In this document: piece by piece, positions 7,123 to 11,964 of the stretch | Position numbering within the stretch: position 1 is the stretch's first letter | Layout of the letters: each line of letters starts with the position of its first letter | Source of the DNA: a virus | Taxonomy: Duplodnaviria; Heunggongvirae; Uroviricota; Caudoviricetes | DNA length: 11,964 bases | Strand: one strand, 5' to 3' | Virus record (IMG/VR): IMGVR_UViG_648276671_000013 | The notes under the pieces: model-generated | The model's input: the letters and a program-made list of their open reading frames with translations, nothing else | Told to the model about the DNA's origin: nothing | Databases searched by the model: none | Made by a program: the position numbers and the translations under genes

Positions 7123-7570
7123 TTTTCCCCAGCCCGGTGAGATTTACCGTTCTGCCGGTTTTCCCGATGTGGCCGTTGTCGGCATTCTGGAAGACGGTAT
7201 TCCGTGGGAAATGCCGTACCGCTGCCCGGACATTGTCTGGAACCCGTACCGCCGTAAATTCAGTATCCTTGTGCGTATCCTCGCTGACGGGCGCACCACA
7301 GACATCCCGCTGGGGCGTTTTCTGCGGGAATTTACCTGTGACCGTCCTGACCTGTTTAAACGCAGCCCCGTAAACCGGCATGCGGTACTGAAAGAAATGG
7401 CCGGAGACCCGGAATTACAGAAATGGCGGGAGAAATATCTGGATATTTACCCGCAGGACACTGTTCCGGCCAGCCGGGCGGCACCGGTGGCGCGGGAATG
7501 GCGGGAAATTCCCCGCACGGAGCCTGACCCGGAAACCACCCCGGATAACAGTTACCGCAATTATCTGTAA
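7115..7570 (+). CDS. Conserved P4 left-operon protein orf151 (151 aa)
   Basis: Length and position upstream of alpha match P4 orf151. GGAGA SD upstream. Translationally coupled to the preceding gene. Confidence 0.8.
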   Translation: MFDFPQPGEIYRSAGFPDVAVVGILEDGIPWEMPYRCPDIVWNPYRRKFSILVRILADGRTTDIPLGRFLREFTCDRPDLFKRSPVNRHAVLKEMAGDPELQKWREKYLDIYPQDTVPASRAAPVAREWREIPRTEPDPETTPDNSYRNYL

Positions 7571-7705
7571 TTAAAAAACGACACCCGAAAAATTAAATGT
7601 GCGTATTCGCGCAGGGATACGCACGTCTTCAGGAGACGCAGATATGCCTTATCAGTTAATGCAACCGGCACGGAATGCAGTCATCTGTCACAGGGAGGAA
7701 AGCAA

Positions 7706-8026
7706 ATGAAAACACCCTTACCGCCCGTCTTACGCGCAGCCCTTTACCGTCGTGCTGTCGCCTGTGCCTGGCTGACCGTGTGCGAACGTCAGCACCGCTA
7801 CCCGCATCTCACCCTTGAATCACTGGAGGCGGCCATCGCCGCTGAGCTGGAAGGCTTTTATCTGCGCCAGCACGGTGAGGAAAAAGGGCGTCAGATAGCC
7901 TGTGCCCTGCTGGAAGATTTAATGGAATCCGGCCCCCTGAAGGCCGCGCCGTCGCTGTCCTTTCTCGGGCTGGTTGTGATGGATGAACTCTGTGCCCGTC
8001 ACATAAAAGCGCCGGTACTGCACTGA
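7706..8026 (+). CDS. Conserved hypothetical protein (106 aa) immediately upstream of alpha
   Basis: GGGAGG SD upstream. AAGGAG for alpha lies just after its stop. No motif recognised. Confidence 0.7.
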
Positions 8027-8040
8027 AGGAGAACAACACC

Positions 8041-10374
8041 ATGAAAATGAACGTAACCGCCACCGTCAGCCATGCGCTCGGCCACTGGCCGCGTATTCTC
8101 CCGGCGCTGGGGATTCAGGTGCTGAAAAACCGTCATCAGCCCTGTCCGGTCTGTGGCGGGAGTGACCGCTTCCGTTTTGATGACAGGGAGGGGCGCGGCA
8201 CCTGGTACTGCAATCAGTGTGGTGCCGGTGACGGCCTGAAACTGGTTGAAAAGGTGTTTGGTGTCTCCCCGTCCGACGCGGCCGCAAAGGTGGCTGCCGT
8301 GACCGGCAGCCTGCCCCCGGCTGACCCGGCAGTGACGGCTGCCGCCGGTGCTGAAACAGACGCTGCCCGGAAGAACGCCGCCGCACTGGCACAAACCCTG
8401 ATGGCGAAAACCCGTACCGGAACCGGTAACGCCTACCTGACCCGCAAGGGCTTTCCCGGCCGGGAATGCCGGATGCTGACCGGCACACACAGAGCCGGTG
8501 GCGTGAGCTGGCGCGCCGGTGACCTTGTGGTGCCACTGTATGACGACAGCGGCGAACTGGTTAACCTTCAGTTAATCAGCGCTGACGGCCGTAAGCGCAC
8601 CCTGAAAGGCGGGCAGGTCAGGGGCACCTGTCACATCCTTGAAGGACAGAATCAGGCCGGAAAACGTCTGTGGATAGCGGAGGGATACGCGACCGCACTT
8701 ACCGTACATCACCTGACCGGTGAAACGGTGATGGTGGCGCTTTCTTCCGTGAACCTCCTTTCTCTGGCCAGCCTTGCCCGGCAGAAGCATCCGGCCTGTC
8801 AGATTGTCCTTGCCGCAGACCGTGACCTCAGCGGTGACGGCCAGAAAAAAGCCGCCGCAGCCGCAGATGCGTGTGAAGGTGTTGTTGCCCTGCCGCCGGT
8901 CTTCGGTGACTGGAATGATGCCTTCACGCAGTACGGCGGGGAAGCCACCCGTAAGGCCATTTACGATGCCATCCGGCCACCGGCTGAAAGCCCGTTCGAC
9001 ACCATGAGCGAAGCGGAGTTTTCCGCCATGAGTACCAGCGAAAAGGCCATGCGTATCTATGAGCATTACGGCGAGGCGCTCGCGGTCGATGCCAACGGCC
9101 AGCTTCTGTCCCGTTATGAAAATGGTGTCTGGAAGGTGCTGCCACCACAGGACTTTGCCCGGGATGTGGCCGGGCTGTTTCAGCGGCTGCGTGCGCCGTT
9201 CTCCTCCGGGAAGGTGGCCTCCGTGGTGGACACCCTGAAGCTGATTATTCCGCAGCAGGAAGCCCCCTCCCGCCGCCTGATTGGCTTTCGTAACGGCGTG
9301 CTCGACACGCAGAACGGCACGTTCCACCCGCACAGTCCGTCACACTGGATGCGCACCCTGTGCGATGTGGATTTCACCCCGCCGGTGGACGGTGAAACGC
9401 TGGAAACCCACGCTCCCGCGTTCTGGCGCTGGCTTGACCGTGCCGCCGGTGGCCGTGCGGAAAAACGCGACGTGATTCTGGCCGCACTGTTTATGGTGCT
9501 GGCAAACCGCTACGACTGGCAGCTCTTTCTGGAGGTGACCGGTCCCGGCGGCAGCGGCAAAAGTATCATGGCCGAAATAGCCACCCTGCTGGCCGGGGAG
9601 GATAACGCCACGTCGGCCACCATTGAGACGCTGGAATCCCCGCGTGAACGTGCCGCGTTAACTGGCTTCTCACTGATACGCCTGCCGGACCAGGAAAAAT
9701 GGAGCGGCGACGGTGCCGGACTCAAGGCCATCACCGGCGGCGATGCGGTGTCCGTTGACCCGAAATACCGGGATGCATACTCCACGCATATCCCGGCGGT
9801 GATTCTGGCCGTGAACAATAACCCGATGCGCTTCACCGACCGCAGCGGCGGCGTGTCACGCCGGCGGGTGATTATTCACTTCCCGGAACAGATAGCCCCG
9901 CAGGAGCGCGACCCGCAGCTTAAGGACAAAATCACCCACGAGCTGGCGGTCATCGTGCGTCACCTGATGCAGAAGTTCAGCGACCCGATGCTCGCCCGGT
10001 CACTGCTTCAGTCCCAGCAGAACTCAGACGAGGCGCTGAACATCAAACGGGATGCCGACCCGACGTTTGATTTTATCGGCTATCTGGAAACCCTGCCGCA
10101 GACCAGCGGCATGTATATGGGGAACGCCAGTATCATCCCGCGCAATTACCGTAAATACCTCTATCACGCCTATCTGGCCTACATGGAGGCAAACGGCTAC
10201 CGGAATGTACTCAGTCTGAAAATGTTCGGGCTGGGGCTGCCGGTGATGCTGAAGGAATACGGACTGAATTACGAGAAGCGCCATACCAAACAGGGGATAC
10301 AGACCAACCTGACGCTGAAAGAGGAAAGCTACGGCGACTGGCTGCCAAAATGTGAAGACCCTGCAACAACCTGA
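8041..10374 (+). CDS. alpha: Alpha protein: bifunctional DNA primase-helicase (777 aa)
   Basis: N-terminal primase zinc finger (CPVCGGSDRFRFDDREGRGTWYCNQCG), central TOPRIM-like region, C-terminal Walker A (GPGGSGKS) of a D5/SF3-type helicase. Length equals P4 Alpha. Confidence 0.95.
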   Translation: MKMNVTATVSHALGHWPRILPALGIQVLKNRHQPCPVCGGSDRFRFDDREGRGTWYCNQCGAGDGLKLVEKVFGVSPSDAAAKVAAVTGSLPPADPAVTAAAGAETDAARKNAAALAQTLMAKTRTGTGNAYLTRKGFPGRECRMLTGTHRAGGVSWRAGDLVVPLYDDSGELVNLQLISADGRKRTLKGGQVRGTCHILEGQNQAGKRLWIAEGYATALTVHHLTGETVMVALSSVNLLSLASLARQKHPACQIVLAADRDLSGDGQKKAAAAADACEGVVALPPVFGDWNDAFTQYGGEATRKAIYDAIRPPAESPFDTMSEAEFSAMSTSEKAMRIYEHYGEALAVDANGQLLSRYENGVWKVLPPQDFARDVAGLFQRLRAPFSSGKVASVVDTLKLIIPQQEAPSRRLIGFRNGVLDTQNGTFHPHSPSHWMRTLCDVDFTPPVDGETLETHAPAFWRWLDRAAGGRAEKRDVILAALFMVLANRYDWQLFLEVTGPGGSGKSIMAEIATLLAGEDNATSATIETLESPRERAALTGFSLIRLPDQEKWSGDGAGLKAITGGDAVSVDPKYRDAYSTHIPAVILAVNNNPMRFTDRSGGVSRRRVIIHFPEQIAPQERDPQLKDKITHELAVIVRHLMQKFSDPMLARSLLQSQQNSDEALNIKRDADPTFDFIGYLETLPQTSGMYMGNASIIPRNYRKYLYHAYLAYMEANGYRNVLSLKMFGLGLPVMLKEYGLNYEKRHTKQGIQTNLTLKEESYGDWLPKCEDPATT

Positions 10375-10390
10375 CCCTCATGACTCATCT

Positions 10391-10415
10391 GACCGGCATC
10401 TGCCGGTCTTTTTTT
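10391..10415 (+). terminator. Rho-independent terminator after alpha
   Basis: GACCGGCA-tc-TGCCGGTC stem followed by T7, 17 nt after the alpha stop. Confidence 0.7.
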
Positions 10416-10430
10416 ATCCCTGAATTCCCC

Positions 10431-10710
10431 GAAGGTGAACAATCCACTGTTCACCCTTCACCGTATATTCACCTGTTATCACACTGAAATTAAAAGAGAA
10501 AAACGAAAGGTGAACAGTGTGAACAATCAAATCAAAAAAAACTTTTTTTCTCCCTGTGTGATTTTCAGTACGGGGGATTAATCACCGGTATGAGTCACAC
10601 CGGCAGAATGCCGGAGGTGAAGAATCGAATGTTCACCCTTCACCCATTATTCACCACCTATCATACTGAAATAAAAGGAGAAAAAAGAAAGGTGAACAGT
10701 GTGAACAGTT
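10431..10710. repeat. crr-like region: two roughly 100-bp direct repeats each carrying TGTTCACC/GGTGAACA iterons
   Basis: Repeat 1 (about 10431-10530) and repeat 2 (about 10612-10710) share GGTGAA...TGTTCACCCTTCACC...ATTCACC...ACTGAAAT(T/A)AAAAG(A/G)AGAAAAA(C/A)GAAAGGTGAACAGTGTGAACA. Matches the recalled P4 crr organisation. Confidence 0.55.
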
Positions 10711-10920
10711 CTTTCGAAAAAAAAATTTTTATGTGGATAAAAGATGCACTGGTTTGGATCCGGGCTACGGATCCAAACTTACTGATTAAAAATTATTTAA
10801 CTTTCCGATTTATTGATGGGCTGAAAATAGATTGGTCAGAAAAACAGTGGGGGCACAAAAGGGGGCATATTTCATTGTTGTGTTTTATTATTTGTTTTTT
10901 ATCATTAACTTATTTTAATG

Positions 10921-10942
10921 TTTGAGTCCGGCCTTCGCACCA
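10921..10942 (+). other. att core remnant: degenerate copy of a tRNA-Leu (leuX-type) 3' end
   Basis: TTTGAGTCCGGCCTTCGCACCA resembles the recalled tRNA-Leu 3' end TTCGAGTCCGGCCTTCGGCACCA with one substitution and one missing G. No tRNA body upstream (AT-rich), so this is a core repeat, not a tRNA gene. Confidence 0.5.
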
Positions 10943-10955
10943 AAAGTATGTAAAT

Positions 10956-10979
10956 AGACCTCAACTGAGGTCTTTTTTT
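10956..10979 (+). terminator. Rho-independent terminator just downstream of the att core
   Basis: AGACCTC-aact-GAGGTCT followed by T7; positioned like a tRNA gene terminator. Confidence 0.55.
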
Positions 10980-11142
10980 ATGCCTGAAATCCGCACCACG
11001 CAAGGCTTTTCCAGCTTTTCTCCTCAACTGAAGTCAACCTGACTCAACCCACATCAACAGGCTTGTGAGTATACTAATAAGCATATTTGCCGATTCGATA
11101 TTGCTTGTATACTCACGAGATACCAATGGAAGGAAGACCATT

Positions 11143-11964
11143 ATTGCCCTAACGGATACTAAAGTTCGTTCTGTGAAGTCAGAGGAGAAAGAGTATTCAC
11201 TTGTTGACGGCGACGGCATGTCTTTACTTGTAAAACCTGGCGGTTCAAAGTATTGGTGATTTCGTTTCCGTTCTGGTGGTAAACAACATTTGATGGCGTT
11301 CGGCGTTTACCCGGATGTTTCGCTGGCGGATGCGCGGAAGAAAAGGGAAGAGGCCAGAAAGCTGGTAGCTGCTGGTATCGATCCTCGTGAGCATAAACGT
11401 GCTGTGAAAGAAGAGCAGGCGAAAGAGATTATTACTTTCGAGAAGGTTGCCAAATAGTGGCTCGTGACCAACCAAAAATGGTCGGAATATCATGCTAATC
11501 GTCTAAAAAGAGCCTGGAGGAGAATATCTTCCCGGCAATTGGTGCTCGTAATATTGCTGAACTGGGCACCCGCGATCTGTTAATTCCCATTAAAGCTGTG
11601 GAGAAATCCGGACGTCTTGAAGTGGCTCCTTCAACAGCGCACCACGGCCATCATGCGTTATGCAGTGCAAAGCGGGTTAATTGATTACAATCCGGCGCAA
11701 GAGATGGCGGGGGCGGTTGCTTCCAGTAATCGACAACATCGTCCGGCGCTGGAATTAAATCGCATCCCTGAGTTGCTTGAGAAAATAGACAGCTACACCG
11801 GCAGGCCGCTAACCCGCTGGGCAACGGAACTCACTCTACTTATCTTCATCCGCTCCAGTGAACTGCGTTTTGCTCGCTGGTCAGAAATCGATTTTGAAAC
11901 GTCAATGTGGACCATCCCTCTTGATGGGCATTGCAGTAAGCTGAGGGTTGGACTGGTATTGTAA
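11143..11964 (+). pseudogene. Second P4-family integrase, disrupted (start codon lost, two in-frame stops, at least two frameshifts); continues to the window edge
   Basis: Three reading frames together spell an integrase paralogous to int at 1-1266 (IALTDTKVRS...GGSKYW*FRFRSGGKQHLMAFGVYPDVSLADARKKREEARKLVAAGIDP...VAK*WLVTNQKW...TTAIMRYAVQSGLIDYNPAQEMAG...ELRFARWSEIDFETSMWTIP). Confidence 0.8.

Larger units (their letters stand above)
1..10942 (+). mobile_element. P4-family phage satellite prophage (int through att core remnant); left att/tRNA boundary lies outside the window
   Basis: Synteny int / cargo / cos / psu-delta-sid / ori / vis / epsilon-like / orf151 / alpha / crr / att core, with product lengths matching recalled P4 proteins (Psu 190, Delta 166, Sid 244, Vis 88, orf151 151, Alpha 777 aa). 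Confidence 0.85.

Noticed and set aside
7571-7705. 21-codon ORF ([21 protein letters not shown]) with 8-bp stem GTGCGTAT/ATACGCAC between orf151 and orf106
   Set aside because: Too short to support as a gene from sequence alone; could be a leader peptide or coincidence.
7809-9836. Multiple minus-strand and small plus-strand ORFs (65-253 aa) overlapping orf106 and alpha
   Set aside because: Embedded in or antisense to the 777-aa alpha gene and orf106; low-complexity Arg/Pro/Gly-rich translations typical of spurious frames in GC-rich DNA.
5600-10710. Iteron clusters as a possible CRISPR array
   Set aside because: The repeats are 8-9 bp octamers with irregular spacing and both orientations, with no regularly sized spacers and no cas genes. 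They match replication iterons instead.
10590-10925. 111-aa plus-strand ORF after alpha
   Set aside because: It overlaps the crr iteron repeats and the AT-rich att arm, lies beyond the alpha terminator, and has no SD; the composition looks non-coding.

Overview
The window is an almost complete P4-family phage satellite prophage followed by the decayed integrase of an older tandem island. All calls are from reading the sequence and recalling family features; no database search was run. Gene order is int (1-1266) | AT-rich cargo hotspot (about 1267-3376) | cos (3377-3395) | psu-delta-sid late operon on the minus strand | Psid dyad and ori iterons | vis, small left-operon genes, orf151, orf106-like, alpha primase-helicase | crr iteron repeats | degenerate tRNA-Leu 3' end att core (10921-10942) | disrupted second integrase (11143 to window end). 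The most interesting part is the int-cos hotspot, which carries three minus-strand genes unrelated in layout to P4's own gop/beta/cII cargo. These are a monocistronic 103-aa gene and a two-gene operon encoding a 171-aa four-helix membrane protein followed by a roughly 297-aa protein. That operon has the architecture of a membrane-associated anti-phage module (Kiwa-like by layout only, unconfirmed). Its second gene is broken by a 1-nt frameshift in an A6/T6 run.
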